A DNA stretch of 64,000 nucleotides. It comes from an uncultured Pelagibacteraceae bacterium. GTDB taxonomy: Bacteria; Pseudomonadota; Alphaproteobacteria; Pelagibacterales; Pelagibacteraceae. The DNA lies in contig CACDXJ010000003.1 of assembly GCA_902556855.1 (NCBI GenBank), positions 5,643 through 69,642 on the forward strand. The letters run 5' to 3'. Below are positions 19,823 through 29,791 of the stretch, piece by piece. Numbering within the stretch: position 1 is the first letter of the stretch; every line of letters starts with the position of its first letter. The notes below the pieces were generated by a model. That model ran no database searches. It was not told the origin of the DNA and saw only the letters and a list, made by a program, of their open reading frames with translations. Position numbers and translations under genes: made by a program.

Positions 19823-20892
19823 GCTTTTGTTTCATTTATGAATTTTTGTCTTAAACTATCAATCACAACAGTAGATCCATTTATATTACAATGCCAATAA
19901 GTCCATCCATTATAGCTTTCAGCACCCATTATTCTTGCTGCCACTTTATGAATAGATCCTTCTGACTCTTTATATTTGATACTTCCATCAGCCATAATTT
20001 TAGCATTAATCTTCTTTTTCATGTCAAAAAGGGTAGTGCCTGGCTTTAATATTCCTAATTCAACAAGAGAACCAAAAGGTATTCTTGGTTTAGATTTATT
20101 ATTCTCAATAGTATCTAAATAGTTATCTTCTATAGCTTTGGTTTTATTTATTCGTTCACTAGCAGCTTTAAAATACTTTTTGTCTTTTTCTATACCAAAG
20201 TATCTTCTTCCTAATTTTTTAGCTACAACTGCTGTTGTTCCAGTACCTAAAAATGGATCAAAGATGGCATCACCTTTATTTGTAGTAGCTAAAATAATTC
20301 TATGTAAAAGTGCCTCTGGTTTTTGTGTAGAATGAATTTTTTTTCCGTTTTTCTTTAGTCTCTCTTTTCCGTTACAAATAGGCAATGTCCAGTCAGATCT
20401 CATCTGCAAGTCATCATTAAAGCATTTTAACGATTGATAATTAAACGTATATTTTGATTTCTTATTTTTTGAAGCCCAGATAAGAGTTTCATGAGCATTA
20501 GTAAATCGTGTACCTCTAAAATTTGGCATAGGATTATTTTTTCTCCAGATAACATCGTTAAGCAACCAGTAATCTAAATTTTGCAAGTGGTACCCTAATC
20601 TAAAAATATTATGATACGATCCTATTACCCAAATACTTCCATTGTCTTTTAGAATTCTTTTACATTCGTTAAGCCAAGCAATGCAGAATTCATCGTAATG
20701 TTTGAAACTATTAAATTGATCCCACTTATCATTTACCCCTTTAACTTTACTTGCATCTGGACGAGTTAATTTTTTTCCTATTTGCATGTTGTAAGGTGGA
20801 TCAGCAAAAACTAAATCAAAAGACTTGTCAGGAATTTTTTTTATTTCTTTTAAACAATCTCCATTAATGATTTGGTTTGAAAACTTTAACAT
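19819..20892 (-). CDS. ccrM: cell-cycle-regulated adenine DNA methyltransferase CcrM (GANTC)
   Basis: FADPPYN, NPMPNFRGTRFTNAHETLIWA, HSTQKPEALL, DPFLGTGTT, C-terminal GSIHK..A....A...NGWTYW domain. Confidence 0.93.
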   Translation of the reverse strand: MLKFSNQIINGDCLKEIKKIPDKSFDLVFADPPYNMQIGKKLTRPDASKVKGVNDKWDQFNSFKHYDEFCIAWLNECKRILKDNGSIWVIGSYHNIFRLGYHLQNLDYWLLNDVIWRKNNPMPNFRGTRFTNAHETLIWASKNKKSKYTFNYQSLKCFNDDLQMRSDWTLPICNGKERLKKNGKKIHSTQKPEALLHRIILATTNKGDAIFDPFLGTGTTAVVAKKLGRRYFGIEKDKKYFKAASERINKTKAIEDNYLDTIENNKSKPRIPFGSLVELGILKPGTTLFDMKKKINAKIMADGSIKYKESEGSIHKVAARIMGAESYNGWTYWHCNINGSTVVIDSLRQKFINETKA

Positions 20893-20896
20893 ATTT

Positions 20897-20970
20897 TGGA
20901 TTCAACCCGAAATTGAATCCAGGGTCAAACGTTTTTGGTAAAAAAATGAATCTTCTTGTGTTTGAGATTC
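20897..20970. promoter_or_regulatory. four GANTC sites arranged as two inverted repeats upstream of ccrM
   Basis: TGGATTCAA-cccgaaa-TTGAATCCA (20897-20921); GAATCT...AGATTC (20948-20970). Confidence 0.65.
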
Positions 20971-21540
20971 TTAGTTAGACAATATCTTGTGCACGGGTTT
21001 AAAACCTTTTCGATGATGAGAGGTAATACCAAATTTTTTTAAACCTTCTAAATGAGCCTTAGTACCATAACCAAAATTACTTTCCCAAGCGTAATTAGAA
21101 AATTTTTCGGAAAGTCTTATCATTAATCTGTCTCGATAAACTTTTGCAATAATTGATGCTGCACTTATTACTTTAACTTTTTCATCTCCATTAATGACTG
21201 TTTTGTAATTTTTTAAGCCAACCGGTGCAAAATTTCCATCTATTAAAGTTAAACTTGGTCTCACTGTCAGTTTTACAATAGCCCTTTTCATAGAAAGTAA
21301 TGATGCTTGCAAAATATTTAAATCTAAGATTTCTTCGACTGATGCAACGCCTATTGCAAAATAAGAATTACATTTTATATGATCTGAAATTTCTTCCCTT
21401 TTTTTAAATGGTATTTTCTTTGAGTCCTTTAAAAGTTTTAAATTTATACCCTTTTTCAATATTACAGCGGCAGAGACCACCGGACCAGCAAGACATCCTC
21501 TGCCCACTTCATCAACACCTGCTATAATTATTTTTTTCAA
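20971..21540 (-). CDS. rnhB: ribonuclease HII
   Basis: AGVDEVGRGCLAGPV, DSKK, ISAASIIAKV, GYGT..H. Confidence 0.96.
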   Translation of the reverse strand: MKKIIIAGVDEVGRGCLAGPVVSAAVILKKGINLKLLKDSKKIPFKKREEISDHIKCNSYFAIGVASVEEILDLNILQASLLSMKRAIVKLTVRPSLTLIDGNFAPVGLKNYKTVINGDEKVKVISAASIIAKVYRDRLMIRLSEKFSNYAWESNFGYGTKAHLEGLKKFGITSHHRKGFKPVHKILSN

Positions 21541-22242
21541 TTATATTTTAAGATTGATTTTTTTTTCTCTTATCATTTTCAGATCAATCCAAGCCATTTT
21601 TTTTTGTGCCGGTTGTCTCATCAAAAATGCTGGATGAAAAGTGATAATCACTGAAGTTTTGCATCTTCCGAATTTTTTCTCTAACCATTTACCTCTCATT
21701 TTTGAGATCACATTATCACTTCCAATTAAAGCATTCATTGCAGTGCTGCCAAGTAATACTAATATTTTTGGATTTATAATTTCTATATGACTAGTAATAA
21801 ACGGGAGGTATCTTTTGATTTCTTCTTCAGTAGGCCTTCTATTTTCAGGGGGACGGTAATTTACGATATTTGAGATATAAACCTTTTTCCTATCTAGATT
21901 TATAGCAGATAACATTTTGTCTAATAGCTGCCCAGCCCTTCCTACAAAAGGAAGTCCCTCTTGATCTTCACTAGAACCAGGCGCCTCACCTACAAACATT
22001 ATTTTTGATTTAGGATTACCATCATTAAATACAACATTCTTAGCATGCTTTTTTAAATCACAGTTATTTACATTCATAATTGATTTTTTTAATATTTTGA
22101 GTTTTACAGCTTTATCCTCTGAAATTTCAAAATTTTCTTTTTTATATCTATTTATTGCCTTATTATTATAAATTAAATTATGATTAATAAATTTATAGTA
22201 TTGAATAAGTTTAAGTGAGTGAGACATATTCTTTTTTAACAT
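21541..22242 (-). CDS. uracil-DNA glycosylase family 4 (start uncertain, 22242 or 22263)
   Basis: VGEAPG..ED..GLPFVGRAG.LL, RPPENR.P, FHPAFL. Confidence 0.9.
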   Translation of the reverse strand: MLKKNMSHSLKLIQYYKFINHNLIYNNKAINRYKKENFEISEDKAVKLKILKKSIMNVNNCDLKKHAKNVVFNDGNPKSKIMFVGEAPGSSEDQEGLPFVGRAGQLLDKMLSAINLDRKKVYISNIVNYRPPENRRPTEEEIKRYLPFITSHIEIINPKILVLLGSTAMNALIGSDNVISKMRGKWLEKKFGRCKTSVIITFHPAFLMRQPAQKKMAWIDLKMIREKKINLKI

Positions 22243-22245
22243 TAG

Positions 22246-23946
22246 ATGAGTATTATTAAGCAACTACAAAAGATTACAGCACAAATTTTATTTGTCATTG
22301 TTTTTATTTTTTTTTCCACATTAGAAGCTAAAAATTTGGATAAATTCAACAAGGGGGAGAATTTATCAGATTATTTTTCAGGAATATTGCTTCTTAATCA
22401 AAGTAAGTACAAAGATTCTTATGAGTATTTAAAAAGGTTAGATGGTCTAGAGATAAGTCATCCCACTTATTCTTCAAAATACCTTTATTCTTTAGTCAAC
22501 TCTGGAAAATTTAATCAAGCATATAATTACTCAAAAAAACTCGATAAAGACCAAAGAGATTCATTTGAAAGTGATTTAATTATCGGAACTTTTTTAATAA
22601 AAAACTCTAAGCCAAATCTTGCCGAAAAATTTTTTCTAAAAGCAAAAAAAAGAAATTCTCGAACAGTATTAGATAATTATGTCGTAAATTCACTTTTAGT
22701 TTGGACGAATGTAAAAAATGAAAAATATGAGAATGCTATTAATAATTTAAATCAATTAGATAAAAGATTTGAAAATCTCAAAAAAATTCAAAAGATTTTT
22801 TTGAACTGTTATTTTAATAATGAAAAAACTGAATTATTATTTAATGAATTAATATCCAACCAAAGAACAGACTTCTCAAGATATAACTATTTCTATGCAA
22901 ATTATTTAGATAGTATTGGTCTTAAAGAAAAAGCTTTTAATGTTGTTGAAAGATCACTAAAAAAATATCCAAGAAATCTTTTACTTAATCAATACAAACT
23001 CGACTTAGCAAATTTAAAAAATAATTTTTACTTTGATTGTAAAAAAGAGCAACATGTAATTGCGGAAATATTTTATATAACTGCTAACGCACTTTCATCT
23101 CAGTCTATTTATCAATTATCGAACTTTTATTTAAATTTAGCTAAATATTTAAATAAAGAATTTCATGCTTTTGATACTTTAATGGCAGAAAACTTTTACA
23201 ATATAAATGATTTTTCAAACTCTAAAAAAACTTATCAAAAACTGATAAATTACGGCGACGCTTTCAAATGGTTCGCAAATAAACAAATTTCAAGAATTTT
23301 AATAAAGCAAGAAAGAAAGGATAAATCTCTTAAACTTTTAAAAAAATCTTACAATGATTTAGCTGTGAAAGGTTTATATGAAACTTTTGATTATGCAGAG
23401 TTTTTAAAAAATAATGAACGATTTGAAGAGTCTATAAAATATTATACTATAATTTTAAATAAGATTGATAAAAAGCATCCTTTGTATCCAGAGGTAACTG
23501 ATGGCAGGGGAGTTGCATATGAAAGAATTGATGAATGGAAAAAAGCAGAAAAAGATCTCCTAAATTCTTTAGAGGTTAGCCCTGACCAAGCGTATGTAAT
23601 TAATTATTTAGCTTACACTTGGATAGAAAAGGGTATTAAAATTAAAGAAGCTTTGGAGATGCTAAAAAAAGCTAATAAATTAAAATCAAACGACCCTTAT
23701 ATAATCGACTCTTTGGGTTGGGCGCTTTTTAAAATGAAAAGATATAAAGAGTCAAAAGATTATCTTCAGCAAGCAGTAAAATTAATGCCAGCAGACCCAA
23801 TAGTTAACGACCATTATGGTGATGTACTTTGGAAAAATGGAAAAGAAATTCAAGCTAGGTATTATTGGAACTATGTAATGAGTATAGAAGACGCTGAAAA
23901 AGATTTAAAGGAAAAGGTTGAAAAAAAATTAACAAAAGGCCTTTAA
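22246..23946 (+). CDS. exported tetratricopeptide-repeat protein
   Basis: Signal-like N-terminus; INYLAYTW, IIDSLGWALF, NDHYGDVLW TPR units typical of the protein found before ispE. Confidence 0.85.
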   Translation: MSIIKQLQKITAQILFVIVFIFFSTLEAKNLDKFNKGENLSDYFSGILLLNQSKYKDSYEYLKRLDGLEISHPTYSSKYLYSLVNSGKFNQAYNYSKKLDKDQRDSFESDLIIGTFLIKNSKPNLAEKFFLKAKKRNSRTVLDNYVVNSLLVWTNVKNEKYENAINNLNQLDKRFENLKKIQKIFLNCYFNNEKTELLFNELISNQRTDFSRYNYFYANYLDSIGLKEKAFNVVERSLKKYPRNLLLNQYKLDLANLKNNFYFDCKKEQHVIAEIFYITANALSSQSIYQLSNFYLNLAKYLNKEFHAFDTLMAENFYNINDFSNSKKTYQKLINYGDAFKWFANKQISRILIKQERKDKSLKLLKKSYNDLAVKGLYETFDYAEFLKNNERFEESIKYYTIILNKIDKKHPLYPEVTDGRGVAYERIDEWKKAEKDLLNSLEVSPDQAYVINYLAYTWIEKGIKIKEALEMLKKANKLKSNDPYIIDSLGWALFKMKRYKESKDYLQQAVKLMPADPIVNDHYGDVLWKNGKEIQARYYWNYVMSIEDAEKDLKEKVEKKLTKGL

Positions 23947-24791
23947 TGGCGTTACTAAAATCTTATGCAAAAATAAACTTATCTTTATCAGTTAAAAGAA
24001 AATTAATTAATGGGTTACATGACATCGAGTCTATTTTTTGTCAAATTGATTTATTCGACAAAATAAGAATAAAGAAATTAATTTATGGTAAGGCCGATAA
24101 AGTTTCATTTAAGGGTCCATTTTCAGCAAATATAAAAAATTCAAATAACTCAATAAAAAAACTTTTAATCCTGATGAGAAAAAATAAATTAATCTCAAAC
24201 TTTTATTCAGTTCAAGTTTTTAAAAACATTCCAGTTTTTGCAGGACTAGGGGGAGGCACTAGTAATGCAGCTACAATTTTGAAGTTTTTATATAAAGAAA
24301 AAATAATAGAAAAAAAACTTTTAAAAAAAATGGTTAATTGTGTAGGTTCTGACTTAAGACTTTTTTTTCAAAAACAAGGATATCTTAAAAATATCAATTC
24401 AGTCGACAAACTTTCAAAAGAACATAAGTTATATTTCGTAGTAGCTTATCCAAATATTAGATGTTCTACCAAAGAGGTATATTCAAGAGTAAATAAATTC
24501 TCTTCTAAAAAATTTTTTTCACAGAAAGAATTAAAAAATAAAAATAAATTTATTGAAAAAATATCTAAAAAAGGAAATGATTTACAATTAATTGTTGAAA
24601 AAAAATATCCAGTTGTCACAGGACTACTACATAATATTCGAGTAAAACGGGGTTGTTATTTGTCAAAAATGACTGGCTCAGGATCTGCTTGTTATGGTTT
24701 ATTCAAAAATGAAAACTGTTCAAAAGCCGCACTTAAATCTCTTAGAAAAATATACCCTAAATTTTGGTTTTCAATTGCAAAAACTATTTAA
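23946..24791 (+). CDS. ispE: 4-diphosphocytidyl-2-C-methyl-D-erythritol kinase
   Basis: AKINLSL, KNIPVFAGLGGGTSNAA, GSD, MTGSGSA. Confidence 0.94.
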   Translation: MALLKSYAKINLSLSVKRKLINGLHDIESIFCQIDLFDKIRIKKLIYGKADKVSFKGPFSANIKNSNNSIKKLLILMRKNKLISNFYSVQVFKNIPVFAGLGGGTSNAATILKFLYKEKIIEKKLLKKMVNCVGSDLRLFFQKQGYLKNINSVDKLSKEHKLYFVVAYPNIRCSTKEVYSRVNKFSSKKFFSQKELKNKNKFIEKISKKGNDLQLIVEKKYPVVTGLLHNIRVKRGCYLSKMTGSGSACYGLFKNENCSKAALKSLRKIYPKFWFSIAKTI

Positions 24792-24825
24792 ATTTATTTA
24801 TTTATGATATATCACTCATTCTAGT

Positions 24826-24899
24826 TGGGGCATAGCCAAGCGGTAAGGCAGCGGTTTTTGATACCGCCATCCTAGGTTCGAATCCTAGTGCCCCAGCCA
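24826..24899 (+). tRNA. tRNA-Gln(TTG)
   Basis: Acceptor TGGGGCA/TGCCCCA, anticodon arm GCGGT-TTTTGAT-ACCGC, GGTTCGAATCC T-arm, encoded CCA. Confidence 0.96.
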
Positions 24900-24907
24900 A
24901 AAAACTT

Positions 24908-26170
24908 ATGCTTAATTTAAGTTTCAATTTCATAAATAGTATTAAAAGATCAATTTTTCCTTTTTATAAAAATAAGGAATTAAAATTAATTTTTAAAATA
25001 CTTCAAGGCGATACCCCCAAGGAAACAGCAACTGCAAGATTTGTAGGCGGCTGTGTAAGAAAATATCTCTCAGGTGAAGAAATTGATGACATAGATATAG
25101 CAACAACTCTTACTTCAGATCAAGTAAAGAATAGATTTAAAGATACAAACTTTAAGGTTTTAGAAACAGGATTAAAACACGGAACATTAACATTAGTTTC
25201 AAAAAGCAAAAAAGTTGAAATTACTACTCTAAGAAAAGATATTAGGACAGATGGAAGGCACGCGCTGATAGAATATACTGAGGATTGGAAATTGGATTCA
25301 GAAAGAAGAGATTTTACAATTAATGCTATATATTTAGATATCAACGGAAAAATATTTGATCCTCAAATGGGCACAGTTGATCTTAAAAATAGAAATATTA
25401 AATTTATTGGTGATCCTCAAAAAAGAATTACAGAAGATTACTTAAGAATTATTAGATTTATTAGATTTAAAGTCATGTATGATCTAGAAACTGAGCAAAC
25501 TACTGTTGATGCAATAAAACAAAATTTAGACGGTATAAAAAAAATTTCAAAAGAGAGAATTCTTTCAGAATTATTAAAAATTTTGGAACTTAAAAATTTC
25601 ACAAAAATAAATGAAAACAAATCTCTTAGTGAAATATTTTGTTTAATATTTCCTGAATTTATTTATCTAGATAGACTTAAAAGACTCCACAAAATATATG
25701 ATCACTCCAAATTAAATATTGATATTCTTCTTGCAGTATTATTAATTGATGAAAAAGATAATCATGAGTATTTTTCACATAAATACAATGTTTCAAATAA
25801 AATTAAGGGAAATTTGCAAAAATTTGCATCTCATTTAAAAGAAATGGATAAAAGTAAAAATTTTTTAGAAAAAAATTTACTTAAAAATCTTTATATTCAT
25901 GGCAAAAACCATTTAGTTGCTCTAAATATAATTAACTTTACATTTAAACCTAAAATTCAATTAGCTGAATTTTCAACAAATTTGAAGTCAATATTAAAGG
26001 CTGATATTCCAAAGTTTCATATAGATGGAGATTATCTTAAAAAATACGGAATGCAGGAAGGAGCATCACTAGGAAAAGCCCTAAAGATTGTAGAAAATGA
26101 ATGGATTGAAAATAATTTTGCAATTTCACAAAATAGAGTAAAAGAGATTATAGATATTTATAAAATTTAA
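24908..26170 (+). CDS. cca: CCA tRNA nucleotidyltransferase (class II)
   Basis: FVGGCVR....DIDIAT, GLKHGT, RRDFTINA, EDYLRIIRFIRF. Confidence 0.88.
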   Translation: MLNLSFNFINSIKRSIFPFYKNKELKLIFKILQGDTPKETATARFVGGCVRKYLSGEEIDDIDIATTLTSDQVKNRFKDTNFKVLETGLKHGTLTLVSKSKKVEITTLRKDIRTDGRHALIEYTEDWKLDSERRDFTINAIYLDINGKIFDPQMGTVDLKNRNIKFIGDPQKRITEDYLRIIRFIRFKVMYDLETEQTTVDAIKQNLDGIKKISKERILSELLKILELKNFTKINENKSLSEIFCLIFPEFIYLDRLKRLHKIYDHSKLNIDILLAVLLIDEKDNHEYFSHKYNVSNKIKGNLQKFASHLKEMDKSKNFLEKNLLKNLYIHGKNHLVALNIINFTFKPKIQLAEFSTNLKSILKADIPKFHIDGDYLKKYGMQEGASLGKALKIVENEWIENNFAISQNRVKEIIDIYKI

Positions 26171-26643
26171 ATATACTCAACATCAAGTATTTCAAAATTT
26201 TTTTCACCAGAAGGAGTATTCGCACTTACCATTTCTCCTTTTTCTTTTCCTATTAAAGCTTTACCGATTGGGCTTTTGAAAAAAATTAAATTCTTAGAAA
26301 TATCAGCTTCATCTTGTCCAACAAGTCTATAGGAAATTTGTTTGTCTGCATTCAAGTCTTTTACTTTCACTGTTGAGCCGAATATTACTTTTCCATCATT
26401 TTCAATCTTTGTAACATCAATCACGTTCGCACGAGCAATCAAATCATTTATTGCTATTACTCGGCTTTCAATTAAAGCCTGTTGTTCTTTTGCCGCGTGA
26501 TATTCAGCATTTTCCTTTAAATCTCCATGAGATCTTGCTTCAGCTATAGCAGCAACAACTTTTGGCCTTTGCACATTTTTAAGATTTTCTAATTCAGTCT
26601 TTAAATTATTTAATCCGTTAATTGTAATAGGTTCTTTATCCAT
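26167..26643 (-). CDS. greA: transcription elongation factor GreA (probable start 26643)
   Basis: ARSHGDLKENAEYHAAKE, SPIGKALIG. Confidence 0.96.
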   Translation of the reverse strand: MDKEPITINGLNNLKTELENLKNVQRPKVVAAIAEARSHGDLKENAEYHAAKEQQALIESRVIAINDLIARANVIDVTKIENDGKVIFGSTVKVKDLNADKQISYRLVGQDEADISKNLIFFKSPIGKALIGKEKGEMVSANTPSGEKNFEILDVEYI

Positions 26644-26645
26644 TA

Positions 26646-27467
26646 TTATTTCCATCTAGCTTCAGGAGGTAATGACATCAAAATTGCATCAATATTTCCT
26701 CCAGAATTTAATCCAAATTTAGTTCCTCTATCATATAACAAGTTAAACTCAACATATCTGCCACGTTTTATCAACTGTCTTTCTTTATCTGCCTTTGTCC
26801 ACTTAAGTTTTCTTTTTCTTTTTATTATCTGTTTGGAGATATTGATAAAAGTCAAGCCAAGTTCTCTTACAAATTTAAAATTTTTAATCCAATCTTTGCT
26901 TTCATAATCAAAAAAAATACCACCAATACCTCTAGGCTCTTTTCTATGTGGTAAGTAAAAATATTCATCACATAATTTTTTATATTTTTTATAACTTTTT
27001 TTATTTTGCTTACAAACGATTTTTAAATGGTCGTGTATAATTTTTTTTTCCATTACGTCACCATGGCTTGGTGTTGCATCCATACCTCCCCCAAACCATT
27101 CTTTTGTAGTTACTATAAATCTCGTATTAAAATGTATTGCTGGCATTTTTGGATTTTTCATGTGAGCTACCACCGATATACCTGACGCCCAGTATTTGCC
27201 TTCCTTATTTGCACCATAGATTTTAGATCTAAAGTGTTTTGGAAATACTCCCGAAACTGTAGATTTGTTGACTCCAACTTTGTCAAATATTTTTCCATTA
27301 GATAAAATTAAAGATGTTCCTCCACCTTCTTTTTTTTCCTTCTTATTCCAATCTTTTTTAAAAAATTTAATTCTATTATTTTCTAAGTCTTCAAATTCTT
27401 TACATATTTGAGTCTGTAGATAAGAAAACCAACTATCAGTCATTTTTTTTTTAAAATCAGTTTTCAT
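26646..27467 (-). CDS. hemF: oxygen-dependent coproporphyrinogen III oxidase
   Basis: GGG.S, HFNTR, WFGGGMD.TP, RGIGGIFFD, RGRYVEFNLLYDRGT. Confidence 0.95.
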   Translation of the reverse strand: MKTDFKKKMTDSWFSYLQTQICKEFEDLENNRIKFFKKDWNKKEKKEGGGTSLILSNGKIFDKVGVNKSTVSGVFPKHFRSKIYGANKEGKYWASGISVVAHMKNPKMPAIHFNTRFIVTTKEWFGGGMDATPSHGDVMEKKIIHDHLKIVCKQNKKSYKKYKKLCDEYFYLPHRKEPRGIGGIFFDYESKDWIKNFKFVRELGLTFINISKQIIKRKRKLKWTKADKERQLIKRGRYVEFNLLYDRGTKFGLNSGGNIDAILMSLPPEARWK

Positions 27468-27468
27468 A

Positions 27469-27912
27469 TTATGAATTTTTCTGTCTAATTGCCTCTGATG
27501 AGATAATCGCTACACTCATTGCAACATTTAAAGATCTTGTTTTTTTGTTCATAGGAATTTTTATTTTATTCTTAATTGTTTTATGAAAATAATCTGGTAC
27601 GCCGGCACTTTCTCTTCCAAACAAAAGCATATCATTACTTTTGAATTTAAATTTATAATATAATTTTTTCCCTTTGGTTGTCATTAAAACTATTCTGGAT
27701 TTTTTGTGTTTTTTTACAAAACTATCATACCCATCGTATCTAAAAACCTTACACAATCCCATATAATCCATTACAACTCTTTTAAATCTCTTATCATTGA
27801 TATTAAAGCCACAAGGCTCAATTATATGTATTTTTAAATTTAAACATGCACCTAGTCTAATTATAGCTGCAGTATTTTGTGGGATATCAGGTTTATAGAG
27901 AACTATGTGCAT
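27469..27912 (-). CDS. trmL: tRNA (cytidine/uridine-34 2'-O)-methyltransferase
   Basis: PDIPQNT, IEPCGF, FGRESAG, IPM...RSLNVA SPOUT motifs. Confidence 0.92.
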   Translation of the reverse strand: MHIVLYKPDIPQNTAAIIRLGACLNLKIHIIEPCGFNINDKRFKRVVMDYMGLCKVFRYDGYDSFVKKHKKSRIVLMTTKGKKLYYKFKFKSNDMLLFGRESAGVPDYFHKTIKNKIKIPMNKKTRSLNVAMSVAIISSEAIRQKNS

Positions 27913-28001
27913 TATTTAAGCTTAATTTATGTGTCATTCTGACCCTAGAAATTTTTATAATATGGTTTTATTTAATAATTACATTATAAGCACTTACATA
28001 A

Positions 28002-28523
28002 ATGAGCAAAGAAGAAAAAAAAGTAAATCGAAGAGATTTTTTATTTACAGCTAGTTATACTGTTGGGGCGGTAGGTGTTGGAGCAGTTATTTGGCCAATG
28101 ATTGATCAAATGAATCCAGATAAAGCCCAACAAGCACTAGCTACTACTGAAGTTGATATTAGCAACATTGAACCTGGAAAATCAATCACAGTTTTATGGA
28201 GAGGTAAGCCAGTTTTTTTAAAAAGAAGAACTCCTGATGAAATAGCAGAGGCTAGGGCCGTAAATATGGACGATTTGCCTGATCCTCAAAAGGATGAAGA
28301 AAGAGTAAAAGAGGGAAAAGATGAATGGTTAGTTATGTTAGGAGTTTGCACACATCTAGGATGTGTTCCTTTAAAAGACAAAGGAGACTTTAATGGTTGG
28401 TTCTGTCCTTGCCATGGTTCACATTATGATGTATCAGGCAGAATTAGAAAAGGACCTGCACCAACAAATATGGAAATACCAAAGTTTGAATTTGTAGATA
28501 ATAACACGATTAAGATTGGTTAA
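28002..28523 (+). CDS. petA: ubiquinol-cytochrome c reductase Rieske iron-sulfur subunit
   Basis: RRDFL Tat motif; CTHLGC and CPCHGS. Confidence 0.97.
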   Translation: MSKEEKKVNRRDFLFTASYTVGAVGVGAVIWPMIDQMNPDKAQQALATTEVDISNIEPGKSITVLWRGKPVFLKRRTPDEIAEARAVNMDDLPDPQKDEERVKEGKDEWLVMLGVCTHLGCVPLKDKGDFNGWFCPCHGSHYDVSGRIRKGPAPTNMEIPKFEFVDNNTIKIG

Positions 28524-28531
28524 AAAAAATT

Positions 28532-29791
28532 ATGAGCGAGCACGAATACACACCGAAATCTAAAGCAGGGAAATGGTTTAATGACCGTTTACCATTACTT
28601 TCTCTTGGAGCACACCTTACAGATTATCCAACACCTAAAAATTTAAATTATTGGTGGACTTTTGGTGGAATTTTAACTTTTTGTTTAATTACCCAAATAG
28701 TCACAGGAATTGTTTTAGCAATGCATTATGTTGCTCACGCAGATTTAGCTTTCGCAAGTGTAGAACATATAATGAGAGATGTAAATTATGGTTGGTTAAT
28801 AAGATACATTCATAGCAATGGCGCATCTATGTTTTTCTTAGCAGTTTACATTCACATTTTTAGATCTTTATTTTATGGATCATATAAATCACCAAGAGAA
28901 GTAATTTGGATAATTGGTCTGATGATTTATTTATTAATGATGGCAGCAGCTTTCATGGGTTATGTTTTGCCTTGGGGTCAGATGAGCTTCTGGGGAGCTA
29001 CAGTAATAACTAACTTATTTAGCGCGATTCCATTAGTCGGAGACAGCATAACAACTTGGTTGTGGGGAGCATATTCTGTAGATAATCCAACACTAAACAG
29101 ATTTTTTAGTTTACATTATTTAATACCGTTTTTAATTTTAGGATTAGTAGTTTTGCACATTTGGGCTTTACATGTTCCAGGAAATAATAACCCAGTTGGA
29201 ATTGATATAAAAAAACCATCTAAAGATACAGTGCCATTCCATCCTTATATAACAATTAAAGACGCTTTCGCACTTTTAGTTTTTATGATCATATTTGCTG
29301 GATTTGTATTCTTTACTCCTAATGTTTTGGGCCACTCAGACAATTATATACCTGCTAATCCGTTAGTTACACCTGCTCACATTGTTCCTGAATGGTATTT
29401 GTTACCGTTTTACGCAATTTTAAGATCTGTCCCTGATAAATTAGGTGGGGTAATTTTAATGTTCAGTGCAATTTTTATTTTATTTGTTTTACCTTGGTTG
29501 GATACATCAAAAGTTAGATCGGCTGTTTTTAGACCAATTTATAGACAGTTCTTTTGGATATTAGTAATAGACGTTCTAATGCTTGGTTATGTTGGTGCGA
29601 TGCCAGCTGAAGGAATTTACTTAGTATTAGCTAGAGTTGGAACTATTTATTACTTCTTACATTTTATAGTTGTTATGCCTGTCGTCGGATATTTGGAAAA
29701 AACAGATCCTATTCCTATGAGCATCTCCGAGCCAGTTTTAACTGGAGGAGCAGAACCATCTTTAGCTAGGAAGGTTGATGATAAAGTCTAA
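28532..29791 (+). CDS. petB: cytochrome b
   Basis: [23 protein letters not shown]. Confidence 0.98.
   Translation: MSEHEYTPKSKAGKWFNDRLPLLSLGAHLTDYPTPKNLNYWWTFGGILTFCLITQIVTGIVLAMHYVAHADLAFASVEHIMRDVNYGWLIRYIHSNGASMFFLAVYIHIFRSLFYGSYKSPREVIWIIGLMIYLLMMAAAFMGYVLPWGQMSFWGATVITNLFSAIPLVGDSITTWLWGAYSVDNPTLNRFFSLHYLIPFLILGLVVLHIWALHVPGNNNPVGIDIKKPSKDTVPFHPYITIKDAFALLVFMIIFAGFVFFTPNVLGHSDNYIPANPLVTPAHIVPEWYLLPFYAILRSVPDKLGGVILMFSAIFILFVLPWLDTSKVRSAVFRPIYRQFFWILVIDVLMLGYVGAMPAEGIYLVLARVGTIYYFLHFIVVMPVVGYLEKTDPIPMSISEPVLTGGAEPSLARKVDDKV

Noticed and set aside
19819-20892. Methyltransferase as part of a restriction-modification or defence system
   Set aside because: No endonuclease nearby; motifs and rnhB linkage fit orphan CcrM.
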